DNA from: Thalia democratica | Taxonomy: Eukaryota | DNA: 64,000 nt | Direction of reading: 5' to 3' | NCBI GenBank assembly: GCA_965202585.1 | Contig: OZ241826.1 | Span: 96,534,001-96,598,000, forward strand | Shown: positions 26,499 to 40,839 of the stretch, one piece after another | How positions within the stretch are numbered: the stretch's first letter is position 1 | Layout: the number at the start of each line of letters is the position of its first letter | The notes under the pieces: generated by a model | The model's database searches: none | Told to the model about the DNA's origin: nothing | The model's input: the letters and a program-made list of their open reading frames with translations, nothing else | Made by a program: the position numbers and the translations under genes

Positions 26499-29400
26499 TA
26501 TAAGTCACATTATAACTTTTAACTAAAAAAGTGGCAATATACAATATGTCTTATGACATTTGAGTGACTAATGTGTCATAACTATGACATACAACACCAT
26601 ATTTTATTTTATTTTTAATTGGGCTTGGCTGCCACCCATTCAAAGTACTCAGTGTACTCAGAAAAATTTGGATAATGTGAAAGTTTGACTATTAATCAGC
26701 CAGGCTCAAGTTAGTTTGAAAAAGAAATGTATCAGGATGACTCAGGTAAGTTTGATTTTTCTATATAAAAATTTAAGGTAGTTTCAAGATCTTTTGCAAA
26801 TCTCAGTTCAGTTTTCTTCTAGACCTGAAGGAGAACTAGTTGATCTATTTTCAATATTTTGAATTTTATGACTGATTTTGTTCAAAAACTTAATTATTAT
26901 ATAATTTAATTTCAACCAATTAATTTAAAAAATTGTTTAAGATTCTCTATTAGGATTTAAAAAAAAACTCAGTATAGCTTTAAACAGTCGTTAGTCACTC
27001 AGGATTATTTTTTTGATTCAAAGAGTGGTAACCCAGTTTGAGGGGAAAAGCTTTTTCAATTTTGCAATAAATTATGAATTTTGTTAGTAAAGAACACAAA
27101 AATCACTTATCATCTTCTGCTATAAAATCACATAAGTTTAGAAGTTTTTCAAGTAGGAATTACTTTGTACTTTAAATACCTCTGAATTATAAAATAAATT
27201 GTGTGACTGTCTGAAATATAATAACTAAACTATCAACAAAAGTCCTCACAAAGTAAGACATCTTTAAGACTTCAACACTTTTACTATTTTCACTGTGCCA
27301 CTATGTGCCATGACAAGGCAAAATTATGACCTAATGTGAATTGTACAGAGGATGTATTTAAAGAACTAAGTTTTTAAACTCTTGATGTAAGTTCTATAAA
27401 ACCAAAATATTTAGTGTGTAACTCATTTAAGTTTTCACTGCTTAAAATAAATATATTGGTTTTGTTATTACTTAAATGAGTTTCTACAGTCTTATATTAT
27501 ATGTGTGTTATATGTGATATTTAGAATGTTGTCAAATGTAGCAAAATATATAGAAATAAAACTTTATCAATTTTATAGTAAAACTTTATTGATTAGAGTG
27601 TTTGTCCATACACTACATCGTAGCAGTTTTCCCCACATAACACTTGGTATTTGAAAAATATAATTAAACAATAAAATACTTAAGTATATTACATTTATTC
27701 AACTCAAAAGTTTCCAACTAATTTTAATAAACTCCCAGGTTAACTCTTAAAACTATTTCCAGAATAAAAAAAAATTGCACTTATTTATTTGATGTTGTTA
27801 CATCTGTAGCTAAGTACTAATTTACTTTTTTGCATATTGTTTGTTATTGGCCTATAAGTGTTCACCCATAGGAGGTAATATTGTAGGGATAGGGGGTACT
27901 GGGTGATGTTTCTGTTTCATCCAGTATTTAAAGTTTTGAATTATTTATAGCTTATTTATGCATCACTTTATTTCTGTGAAAAGCAAAACACCATAACCAA
28001 AATACATATTTGTTTTTCAATGTTTGACTGGAGAAACCTTAAGAATAAAAAAATACTTGAATCAGTTTGACATCTTGTGAAAACATAATAATTGAGAACA
28101 AATAAAAATTTGTATGTTAAGTTTTTAATCACCCAATGCTTGTTAAAATATGTTGAAGTATACTTTCAGATAATACAGATATAGATTATTTTAAGAAAAC
28201 AAGTTAGTCAATTTTCTATTTTGTAAAACCCAATATAAAACATTTTAAAAAATATTAATGAATAATGAAGTTCCTATTGATATTATAAAAGTATTAAAAC
28301 TATAAAAGTCATTAATTTGAGCATTTATGTATTGTTTTGTTACAACACCAAAATTTCAGACTACTGTTTAAAGAGTTTGACATTAACATTTTATAATTGT
28401 TTTACAGTAAACATATTTAATCTATCTGTTTTGTATTGTTATTGAAAATTCTACCAAAAGTTTTTTTTCCAAGTAATTTTTACTTATTTTAATAAAAGTC
28501 TTATAAATTTTACTTAAACTAAAATATATAACTTAATAAAAGTATTAATAAAAACTATTAATTATAAAATTTATGAAAAATAAAAATTAAATTGTTGTGA
28601 ACTGTTTGCATCCATACCATCAATTTCTTTAAAAACTGTTCTTAAATGCAACATAAAAACTTTCTACTTTAATATAATAGAATAGTATCATACTACTTAC
28701 ATTAACTATTTTATTTTTTCAAACTTTAGTTGTGATTTTGTGACTGTGTTTAAATACTTTAAATTGTATATAAACAGCTTAACTTTTTATTTTCTACACT
28801 ATATGCTTGTCTTTAATAGTTTTACTAAACTTATTACTCTAAATAGAATAAAGCATAAATTTAAAAAATAAGAGCCAAATAAAGTTGTTTAAAAAGTATG
28901 TCATAATAAACACAAATTTTTAAAAATCACCTAAACAGTTTAAATTCATTTCTAACAAAATTGTTCAAACATAAATTTACAACAACTAACTTACTAAGTT
29001 GACAAGTAAAATAAAATTCAAACATGTAAAACATAATACTTTTTTTCAATATAAGTAAAACATGTAAAGTATTTTTTCAAGTAAACTGCTTGTTTAGAAA
29101 AGAATATTTAATGTGAAAAAAAAACAAATAAAAAACAAATTAAAAAACTATGCCAACCATAAATTTATAAATATAATAGCAGAACAATTAATAAGTAAAA
29201 TTAGCATAAAATTAAATATTATTCATAGTTTTACAAATTTTACAGCTATTTTTCTTCTTGTATGTAAAATTGTTCCACTAATACTAAAATGTTTTTAAAA
29301 TGATTTTTTTTAAGTTATTAATTTACAATACAAATAAATATTTAAAGTATGATGATCTTTTTTACACTGGCAATTTGTTTGTATAAATAAAATTTCTATG

Positions 29401-29573
29401 ATATATATGTGTCTTAAGATGTTTTTGATTTAAGTTTTATTAAAGTTTTATTAGGTCAAATTTGTTTTATTCAAATATAAATAAATTAAAAGAATAATTA
29501 CAGAAATTTTTAAATTCAAATGTGCTTCTAAGTTTGACTCTTTTAAGCACAAAAAGTTTAATTTGACCTAATA

Positions 29574-30297
29574 CAGTACACTACCGCTTAAGTACGCAAA
29601 TTGAACCCGACCAAAAAGTGCGTACTTAGCACGGGTAGTGCGTACTTTTTAAAGACAAAGTATAATATAAACTTTAGTTGTTTGCTTTCTTTCTTAAGAC
29701 TAGCCACCAAATAATTAAGCCAAATAAACAAGTCTTTTTATTTTAAATAACATTTAATACATAATTCTAATCTGCAAAACTTTTTATTAGATTTGAAAAA
29801 CATTAATTTGTCTATAAAAAGTTTCTACATAATTAATACATACTTTTAATATAGAAAGTCAATGTCAGTCAATGGTATAAAATAGAATATTAAGCTATAT
29901 TTTGTTTTGTTAGAAATAAAGTATCAAACTACATTGTGTTTACCAAACATTTTGAAAACATCAATGTTTGTACATTTAAATTAAGTTATGACTTAACTAT
30001 GTTGTATTTGTAGGTTTTTTAGCTTTGTCATCTAGATTTATTAATTTAATAGCATTACAGCTCAAATATCATTATTCTTTTCACTTTTCTGTAACCACTA
30101 CATAAGTATTTAGTTTATTAACATTTAGCAACATGACTGTCACAATTGGCCACTTAGACTACTCAGGATTACTCACCCTAATTTAAAATTTGTGAAAGGC
30201 TAACTCAGCAGGTTGGCCATTCTACCTTTCTTGATAAGTGCGTACTTAAGGCGTGATGCGTACCAAAAAAAGTGCGTACTAAAGCGGTAGTCTACTG
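29574..30297. mobile_element. Tc1/mariner-pogo-type MITE
   Basis: TIRs CAGTACACTACCGCTTAAGTACGCA / TGCGTACTAAAGCGGTAGTCTACTG; TA on both sides. Confidence 0.9.
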
Positions 30298-31135
30298 TAG
30301 TTCAGAATTTGAAGTTTAGTAGTCACATAACATATTGTATGCTATTTAATGTATTAAAAAGTATTAATAATACATAAAATAAGATCTGTCAAAACAACAA
30401 AATAAGTATAAAACTTTGAAATTAAAACACAATATTTTATCATATTACTTCGCAGATATTAAAATTTTGAAGTTTGTACAAAAACACTTTAAAAAACAAT
30501 TTTCAAGGGTTTAAAGTTTAATTTATATTTTGTTTTGTTTTATTAACTAACTGTTTGTTTTTACTATTACTACTGTTTCTAAGCTTAACCATTGGTCAGT
30601 AACAATTTTTTTCTTACATTTAATTTAATGTATTTTTTTAATTTATTGTTACTCCTAACCCTTGGTCGGTATTTTAATTATCATTTTTTTAGATTTTATT
30701 TACTTCATTTTTTACTTTCATGTTTCATGCAAAAGTGTCTCCGTGCATAAGAAACCACTCTTTAAAAAATGACTCGTTGTGTAAAAAAAGGCCTTCGTGC
30801 ATATTTGACCTTTCCTAGAAAAATGTCTTCATGCAACACAAATTCTTTGACTAGTCACCATTTGCAACACATATCAGCATTCTCTCTACGGGTTTTAGTT
30901 ATTATTTAAATACTTAAAGAAAATACTTTAGTAACTTACTTATGAAAGATTTTATTTAAAATTACCATGATATTATAAGTGATAAAATATATATACAAAA
31001 AAAAAGTAAAATACAAAAGTTTTAGTCAATTAAACCAATTTTTTACAAAATTCTTCAAGCAAAATAAAGTTTTATTGTATAACGAAAATGTAAAAAACTA
31101 AGGAGCTGTTTCTTTAAGAAAATACAAGAAAATAC

Positions 31136-31358
31136 CTGCTGAATATTCCACCAATGCGTCGCTGATTTGTTTAAAATTTGTGGCGCTAAAGAGCATAAAA
31201 ATTTATTGAATTATTCAATGTAATAACTAAGTGTGCTAACTTGTAACAACTTGTGGTGCCAAAATATGATAAATAGCATCAAAATTTACGGTTGAATAGT
31301 TTTATTTCTATGAAAATAGATCAGCCAATCAGCGACACATGTGTAGAATATTCAGCCC
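31136..31358. mobile_element. Small MITE (about 220 bp)
   Basis: Imperfect TIRs gctgaatattccaccaatgcgtcgctgatt / aatcagcgacacatgtgtagaatattcagc; half-copies at 36404-36470 and 40515-40648. Confidence 0.8.
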
Positions 31359-31817
31359 AAAATACTAGACAAAATTAAAATCCTTCATAAATTCGAAAAA
31401 AGCTTCTGTTGCAATGTTGTGGACTATTTGTAATGAAATGTAAAACTATATATAAGAAAAAATATACACCGTGTAATAAGCACCACTTCTAAGCTAATGG
31501 TAAAAAAGTAATAAAATTAGAGTTGTTTCATTAAAAACTTTAAGTAAATAGAACATAAGATTTACTTAGTTCAAAAACAAACTATACAGTGCAGACATTA
31601 ATTCATATAACAACATAAAATAATTTATAAAAATAGTCTACTGTATTATAAGTTAGTCAAAAAGTAACAGAAAACAGTTGCTTATACTACATTTTTAGAA
31701 TCTCTAAACAAAAATACACTTTGTTTTTTAATTTCATTGGGAACCTTTAATTTAAACTTTTTTGACACATATAACAATGTCTAAATTTTATTATTTATTC
31801 TATTTATTATATTTTAG

Positions 31818-32746
31818 AGCTCTTACCTGAAGAATCCTTTAAATTTTTTTTCGTATATACAACACTCTAGGCGTCAGTTTTTGATTTTGTTAGTTTAGCA
31901 TGGTGTACAAAAGTTAATAGAAACTATAGACTGTAGTTGTGTTATAGTTTTTTCAAGCCTATTAAAATTTTTATAAAATAAGTTAAGTAACACAAAAAAT
32001 GTTTTCTTTGCAAGTTTACAGTTTTGGTAGTTAGTTAACTCATAACACTGCTTAAACCATTTTATACAATCACAGTTTTTTTATTACTTTGTTTAATTAA
32101 CGTTTTACTTTTTCCTGTTAATATATATTTTAATAAATTATTTGAATCACAGTTTTTCTTTTTGTGTAGTAATACTTTGAGAAAACCAAATATACTTTTG
32201 ACAGTGTAGTACAGAAATACGTGCAGCTGACATCCTCGAACTGCCATTCGTATCTGAAGTTCAGATTCTGAACCAAGTTGTCTGTACACATTTCATGTTG
32301 CAACTAACTTTTTTGTCTTTTCTTACAGGGGTATATGGTTTGTTTTCAAAGTAGTAACTAACTTACTCTTTTAATTTGCAGAATTTTTAGTTTAAAAAAA
32401 TATGTATGAGATATTTATGTTTATTTAATCTTTTAAAAAACGCTAAAATGTTATCAAAAGCTTATAAAGCATGATAAAAAATGTATCCAACGTTAGTTAA
32501 ATTTTTAGTTCTGAAGTTTGTATACCTATTTATGTGTACTTATCTGCTCAATAAGTTTTACATTTAAATATTAATTATCCAAACTAAATAAGTTCAAATG
32601 CTTATCTATGTAGATCATTACTTATTTTACATTTTAAGAATACACCTCTCCCTGCTGAATACATCCTATACAACATCAATTGGAGGATGTCAACTGAAAA
32701 GAAACCTATAGTGTCAAGCAACCAATTAAATTGGGTGGATTTTTAA
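31818..32746 (+). CDS. Candidate 3' exons of gene B (31818-31852, 32205-32276, 32639-32746)
   Basis: AG/GT-bounded, phase-compatible segments (E)LLPEESFKFFF | CSTEIRAADILELPFVSEVQILNQ | NTPLPAEYILYNINWRMSTEKKPIVSSNQLNWVDF*. Linkage to exon 4 across a 9.4 kb TE-filled intron is inferred. Confidence 0.45.
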
Positions 32747-34750
32747 GTTTGTTGTAAGTCGTAATATTATTAGTAAAGTTAAAAATTTTGTTTAATTATT
32801 GATTTCTTTACTTTTATTATTATTAGTACTTGTTTACAATGCAATGTTGTAAACAAAGTTAAAGATATAAAAGAGTAAAGGAAAATTGTACGAAAAAAAA
32901 ATATGTGTAGATTGGTTAAAAAGATATTTAAACTTTAAATTGTTTGTATTCTTCGGTGGTAAAAGCTATCGATATTTAAGAATTTCCATTTAATTCTTAC
33001 TGTTGTACAATTTTCGGTGGTCAGTTATAAATTTAATCTACCAGATCTAGAGACTAGGATTAAAAAATGTTTTAATTTGGATCCATTTTCCCTCAAAAAG
33101 TTAAAAATTGAATCATTTTATCTTACAACCCTTCCAATTTTTGTTTTTATATCAAGATAGCAACACTAATTACTTTTGCGGAAAAATTATGAAGGCTGTG
33201 TTAGAACAAAAATTTTAATGCAATAAAGTTCGTTTTTGTTAAGTAAAGACATATGCGATTTAAATATACTTTAACATTAGCCTTTAATTGTCTCCAATAT
33301 TATATTAAATTGATATCTTAAAACTGTCATAAAAATTTATTGTTAAAAAACACAACTACTCTGAAAGTCATTTTTTTATGAATATACATTAACACAGTTT
33401 ATTCTTGCTTTAAACTAAAATAATTACTTTTTTGAACTACCGGGACCTTAAGAAAAGAAAAATTTTGTGAACTCACTTTCGTCTACTCCACATCACTTAA
33501 AATGATCAGATTTGTGCTAACCATGTTTGTATCTGTTATATAAATTAGTGATTTTATAAATATAAACATTTTGTTATAAAGTGCTTAAATTAACTTAGTT
33601 CAATTTTTTTTTTGTGAAAATTGCTTGATATGATTGTAAATTGATTTTCTTTTTTTATTTCATCATGATTCATTTTGAAACACTATATATTTTTATTAAT
33701 TTTAAATAGTTTATATTGATAGTACAAACTGATAGATTCGTAACTAAGCAAAAAAATTGATTACGTAAATTATTGCATGTAAGGTATTGATGAACTAGAA
33801 AAAACTTGTACTTTTTGAAGCTAAAATGTGTTATAATTTTTGAAGCTGTCACATTTACTTTGAAAACACTGCAAGAAATTTTTGTTCGAAATTCTACTTC
33901 TCATTAAGTAATAATATCTTCTTCTTAGTAGATTATGTTATAATACAGTAATTAAAACTATATATTTTTTATATAGTTACCAAGAATAGATTAAGTTCTG
34001 TACTATACATATTTGAAATATATTGTAGAATTTTTTTCACTTTAAATTTCTTAAATATCTTAGTCAAAAAATTATCATTTATGGAGTTTAATCTAAAAGA
34101 ATTAATTCTTCTTTGAAATATCATTATTTAAATTAATTTTTTTTAAGCAGTTAAGATTTCGTGCTATTGACAAAGATAGAAGTACGTGTGGGCATATGAG
34201 AGTCCATTAGAGAAGATAATAAACATTACGCCACCTGGCAACTTTCGGCTGTACTTCGACTGTTGTCAAGCGGCAAGATTTCAAAACCAAGTAAAAACAC
34301 ATTTGTATTTATAACATCTAGAAAAAATGAACTAAGTTTGGATTAGTTTGATAAGTGAGGCATAAAAAAAAAGATAAAAGTGATTTTTTTCTCGAAATAA
34401 TGGAAATTTCATTTTCGATAAATTTATGGTGTATAGTGCTTTTAAGTATATCAGACTTTTGCATATTTTATAAAGTTTTTAAAAGAATAAAGTATATTAT
34501 TTTTCTAAAATGAAATAGATTAAAGTTTAATTAGTTGCAAATAAATTTTATAAGTAAAATGTTATTTTATCTGAGTAATGATTTTTAAAATGAATTACAT
34601 CCCATGAAATACTTTTGTGTGAGATATTTGATTATAAGATTTTTGTTTTAGATTTTTTAAAGTTTATATAGATTGAAATAATTTTATAAAAACTTGAAAA
34701 AATCGAAAAATTATTTTAAATGATTTTAACACTTAAAATATTATAAATTA

Positions 34751-35459
34751 CAGTAACCTCTCGCTTATTTACGCACATTGTGTCCACAGAAAAAATGCGT
34801 AAAGATATGAGAGATCGTAAAGATACGAGAGGTACCAATTAAATTTACTATAATGGCTGTTTTTAATATTGCTTCTAGTCAAAAGCAGACTGGGGACTTT
34901 CCCACTTTTAATAACTTGTTTACTTTATTTATAAATATGAAAACTAAAGTTTAAACTATACACAAATTTAAAAAAAGAGATTTTAACTAATATAAAATAA
35001 TAAAACTTGTTGAAAAATTTTACTAGTTTTAATTATAAGTAGATTTTATGTTTATTTATATGTGACTTATTTGATACTTTATATATTAATATATTGATAT
35101 TCTATTCTTCTTAGAAAAATGGCAAGAGTGTTGTATTATTTATTTGTGTTTTAAACTTTCATTATTTCATTATACTTTCATTATTTAACACGGTCATATT
35201 TCTTTCAGAATTTTAATTTAGTCTCTTATTGTTAACAACATTTCTGATATACCTTGGTATAACTGAATTTTTACCAATTAGTCAAGGAACATAAGTTTAC
35301 AAAGTCTAAAGATGTAGAAAACTGAGTAAGAATCTAAAAACATGTTTAAAGTAAAAATATACAATTATCTAAATTTGTGCAATTTTGTAAAATTCTAAAA
35401 TGCGTAACTAGACGAGAGTGCGTAACGTCACGAGTGCGTAAAAATGCGAGAGGTTACTG
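34751..35459 (+). mobile_element. pogo/Tigger-type MITE, copy 1
   Basis: TIRs CAGTAACCTCTCGC / GCGAGAGGTTACTG, TA TSD. Confidence 0.9.
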
Positions 35460-38151
35460 TAGTCTTATAATTGTAATTAGTTATAGTCAAACAATTTAGT
35501 AGGTTCAAAAAAAAACTTTTTAGTTTGCTGCCTGCTGATGCGAAAATGACTGTCGAATCTACATCTAACCAGCAAGAAGCAGCTAAACTGAATGTCAAAC
35601 TGAATTAAAAACGTGAGCCTAGTTTTATTGCATTTTTTTTTTGTATTTTTATAATTATAATTCGTATTACTTATATTGAAAGCTTGTGATACTTTTTAAT
35701 CACAAACCAATTCTCGTTTAAAAAACCTTAGTCTATAGCTAATACGTAACATAAAACTAATACGAAAAAACTTTTATATTAAATTATTAGTAATTCAGAA
35801 TAGTTGTAACTATAATTAACATATTTAATTTTGTTGACTCTAAAGAAAACGAAAGCGATACTCTGAGGTACTAACTACTTATTCTATTTCGTTAAACCTA
35901 AAAGAACAATTCGATAAGATGTTTAATATTTTTTTTAGATTTAGTAGTTACTAAGGTGTTAATTTTTATTTTCAGCTGTAAAAATACTTGTTCGATATAA
36001 ATAAAACTATATGTTTTTAAGGAAGATTTAATTTATTAATTTTTAAAACTTTATTAAAAACAATTAATCCAAAAACTAACTTAGAAAACTGCAAATTTCC
36101 TCTAAAGAAGGCACTTTGAATACAGCCGAAAACTTATACTCTATCAGAAATTTGTTAGTAAAACGTGGAAAAACCTGGAATTTTTAAAAATCTTTACATG
36201 TTAAGTAGTAAAACTTCACTTTGACTCAAAAAATATATCATATAAATAACATTGTTTTGTCATCATCAAAACATTTTTCTATTAAAAAACAGATTTTAAG
36301 TAGCTTTACAGTATGTTTTTAATGATTTTATACTAATTAACACAGTTGCTTACCTTAAACTTAACTGTAAACTAAAAATAGGACAAAAAGTGTGTACTTT
36401 TAAACTGCTGAATATTCCACCAATGCGTCGCTGATTTGTTTAAAATTTGTAGCGCTAAAGAGCATAAAAAAGTTTCAAATTATTACGAAACCAGGGACAA
36501 AATGATGCGATAACATTAAAAAGCAAACATATTGTTAATAAAAAATCTAAAACAACTCTAATATTTTAAACTTAGATGTATTAAGTTAACTTGAAAAATA
36601 ACTAATTTAAGTAATATAACATAAAACAGTTAATTTTTAATAATTTATAAATTTTTTTTTTAATTATGGTTAAAAATGACATCGAACATAAGTAGTGTTT
36701 ACCAGACTTGTTAAAATGCTAACAGTTACTATGGTAATTCAGCAATGAAGCGTATAAACTTTGGTTTGTTTTAAGTTAGTAATTTCACGCTCGAGTAAAC
36801 AAAGCAGTGCTTTATAACATGTCTGGTGTTTACATAGTGTTTTTATAAACCACTAAATATTATTTTTTCTTAATAATTACCTATAAAAAACCAAATATAC
36901 GTAAATTTTAAAATAAACAACTAAAAAAAACGTACTTTTGGGTAAAAAAATATAAAACTAACAATAGTGATTAATTTTTTATGTTAAAACTCAGAAAAAA
37001 ATAAGAAAACCTAAAAACGTTATAACTTAATCAGTTTCAATAAAAACAATGGTATTTAGTACATTTTGTATATAAAATAAATAATAAAACGTCGTTTAAA
37101 CGTCATATATAGATCAATTTTTGTATGTAAATATCAAAATATTATTAAAAGATGGTTCGATGAGAAGTTTATAGAAAAATTAAGTATAAATAAGATTTCA
37201 CGTTATAAGAGACGAGACGAGAATACACTTTAAAAACATTTTGAATTCTACTTATAACCCTTTAATGCATAAATGAAAGAATATTACATATATGGTCAAA
37301 ACAGGTTTACCAAAGAAATTAAATCAAGGTTCGTACAATCAAAAACTTTATTTCAAATTCTCATTGGTTAATAACCCGTTTAGTAATGAATTTTATTAAC
37401 TCTTTGTATTTTAAAACAATATTTTTCATTTGTATTTAAGCTATTTTCATTAAAAACACTCAGAGAAAACAAAATTTTATATAAAAAATAACACAAAACG
37501 CTTACAAAACATCTTGATTCGAGATTTTTATCACATATAAACAAAAAATAGTAAAAAAATATTCAAGCAAGTTTTTAATATAAACTTAAAATAGTTTTTT
37601 TTTTGGCGAAAATAAACATAAAAGTATAAATGAAAAAGTTTTAAAATTATTGAAAAACAAAACTCTAAAAATAGTTAAGAGTTAGTTTAATAAAGGAGTA
37701 AATTTTATAAGATCCATTTAGTTTAGAAATAAAATGAGTGTAAGGGGTAGGCGTAGGATTCAAAAAAGTTTATTAATTATAGGTTAAATATTAAGCTTAT
37801 ACTTAGGCATAACAGTTTAAATTATTATAACTATTACTTTTATTTAGTTTAAGTAAGTCAATTATCTTGTTTGTTTTGTGTATTAACTTGTTGTGTGTAT
37901 TACGTATAATTTTTGTTTTGTTGTTTTGTATTTTTTTAAATAGCAAGTATTATACTTGATTAAATGTAATGATTAAATTAATTTAAATATTAATTTAGTT
38001 GTTTTGTTATGTTAACAAAATAGGTACATAATTAATCATGTTATCATATTTTTATTGAATTAGTATTTATGAATAAATTTCAATGCAAAAACTTTTGAAA
38101 AATTGTTAAAATTTTTACATTAGTTAACGCAAAATGTGCTGCTATACCACA

Positions 38152-38220
38152 GGCAACATGGACGAGTGGTTAAGGCAGTGCATTCTTGATCAGAAACACC
38201 TGTGTTAGGGTTCAAAGCAC
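38152..38220 (+). mobile_element. Degenerate tRNA-derived (SINE-like) head
   Basis: A-box-like tggacgagtggttaaggc and B-box-like ggttcaaa; no intact cloverleaf. Confidence 0.45.
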
Positions 38221-39390
38221 ATCACTTCCATATTTTTATTTATTTATATAATTATGTAAGTAACCACGTATAACTATAAAAAATAAATAAAAAGCCAATT
38301 ATTATTTATCTATTACATTCAAAGAGTATCTTTAAGAAGTACGCATCCGTGTAAGATAAGAATAAGTTTAAGGGCATAGGAGGGTTAAAACACTTTTTTT
38401 AGAATAAGATCTTATTTTATATAGTTTTAATGAGCTACAAGGTGCTATTTACAGATTTAAAAAATTCAAAACAATCTTTGAGATATAGCCGGTCAAAGTC
38501 GGAGGCAACAATAGGTTCTTTATGGGAGGCACAACTAAAACAGTAAATAACTACAAATCACTAAGAATATATCTTCACCTAGGTTTTTTGAGATAACTAC
38601 CTCAAATTTTTAAGAAATGTTCCTTGCAATTTTTAGAAAATTCTTTTGCAAAAACAAATAAAAATTTTATAACAAAAAAACAAAAAAAATGTTTTATTTT
38701 ATATATATATATTCTTTTAATAAATTTAATAATTCCTTGCACCAGTATTTTTAAATATTGCAAGGAACATTTCCTAAAAATTTGTGATGGTAATTTCAAA
38801 AATGCTAGGAGATATATCTTTAGTGAATTCTAGTTATTTGCTGTTTTAGTTGTGCCTCCCATATGGAACCTATTGTTGCCTCCGAATTTGACCGGCTATA
38901 TCTCAAAAGTTATTTTGAATTTTTAACGTCTGTAAAAAGCAACTTGTAGCTTATTAAAAACTATACAAAACAAGATCACATTACGAAAAAAGTGTTTTAA
39001 CTGCCCTATGCCCCTAAATTTATTTTTACAGGTGGGTTACACTTTTTCTTAATGAATAACTGACTTTTAACTAACCTTTAACTAATATTTATTTCTAAAA
39101 AAAGTGTTTTAACCCCCTACTCCCCTAAGTTTATTCTTACCTTACACAAATGCATGCTTCTTAAGGATACTCTTTGAATGTAATAGATAAATATTTAGAA
39201 AAATTTAAGCGTACTTAACACGGATGCGTACTTCTTAAAAATACCCTTTAAGTATATAACATATATGTTTTAAAAATTTAGTGAGTATATTACATGGATG
39301 TAACCCCCTGGACTCAACTGTAATTTCCTTATGCTTATTAAATGGAAGAATCATAGTTATATAAATAAACAAAAACATGGAAGTGATTGG
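38220..39390. mobile_element. Foldback / long-TIR element
   Basis: Arms about 38368-38636 and 38757-39020 are reverse complements (ttaagggcatagg / cctatgcccctaa); further outer arm matches 38305-38400 vs 39095-39191 and 38220-38255 vs 39352-39388. Confidence 0.85.
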
Positions 39391-40839
39391 CTTTTAACCC
39401 CCTATACCCTTAAAAAAGTTCTTGTGGCAAATTAGATATCTGTTGTTCAAACAATGTTTTAGACCCAAAACAAAGTTATAAAAACAATCAGAGGCCTAAG
39501 TTACCCTGTGAACTTTATTTTATACATTTAAACTGAACTTAATTAAAACTAACTATAACTGTAAATATTATAAGCTAATACTTTAAGAAATAATATAAAT
39601 TATATCTTAATATATACTTGTTTGCCATTCTTTGAGTCATAAAATTTTTTTTGTGAGTAACCTTAACCTTCCCAGAGTTTTTTTAAAATCCTTAAATACT
39701 TTTAATAAACTATTTAGAAAAATTTCTTGAGGTTTTCTTAAATATCTTAAAACTGCTTTGAGTTTACCAGAGTTAAAAAAAATTAAAAATTTCGTGAGTT
39801 TCCCTGAGATTTTCTATTATTTTAAATTTCTGTGAGCTCATTAGTGTGTGGCAATCCTATATATATTTTATTACATAAAAGCCAATGTGAATTTGATAAT
39901 TATCTAGTATGATGTTGCACCAATATCTAACTGAAATTATATTGAATTTGATGTATTCTTAACTATAATTTTTGGCTAAAAATTTATATTTATAAATACA
40001 TAAATTGATTTATAAATCATAAATTAATAAAACTTAAATATATAATTGCTTTTATTAAACAATATAAAGCAATTAAATCTTTTCAATTTTTTTTCATTGA
40101 TTATGATATTGTAAAACATAATCAATCCAATACTTTAGTTTGTCATAAATAAATTTTATTCTCACTATTTATTTAAACCTTGTTTAAAACAATATATATT
40201 TCAGGCTAAACATAGTTAGCATAAAACATTGATTTTTAGCCTAAAATAATGTTTAGAAAGACATTAAATTCAATATAATTTAAGCTTGACATTGGTGCAA
40301 CTTCATCCTAGGTAATTAATGTGAATTTCTAAACCAAAATAATGAACCCAACCACTCATAACCTTATATTAGAAGTAAAAATAAATAATCCTAAGTTAAA
40401 CTATTATTTATTAATTTTTTTCTCATCCTACAGATGTATTACAGTTAAACTGTATACAAGTTTCTGAAACTGGTAAGGTTTAATATTTGAGAACAGACTT
40501 ATGAATTTTAAACTAAGTCTTTTGCTAACTTGTAACAACTTGTGGCTCCAAAATATGTTAAGTAGCATCAAAATTTACGGTTGGATAGTTTTATCTCTAT
40601 GAAAATAGATCAGCCAATCAGCGACACATGTGTAGAATATTCAGCCCACTTTTAAAAATCTGGAGGAAATTTTGAAAACCTCGAGAAAGTTTGCCGAAAA
40701 CATTTGGCAACCCTGTAAATATTTTGTTAATAATAATATGCAAGTTTTTGAGTTTAATTTTGTAAATCTGAAGTAATTAGTCAAAATACTTGAAAAAAGT
40801 TCCTTTGAATATATTGACAGGGAAAAGATCACTGAAATA

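Noticed and set aside
35560-35630. QEAAKLNVKLN*KR resembling RPL7A exon 2 (QEAKKVVNPLFEKR)
   Set aside because: Short match, flanks do not match, 7 kb from the other exons, and the paralog at 52.5 kb does not keep it.
38602-38833. Two overlapping ORFs on opposite strands
   Set aside because: They lie in the AT-rich centre of the foldback element with low-complexity translations.
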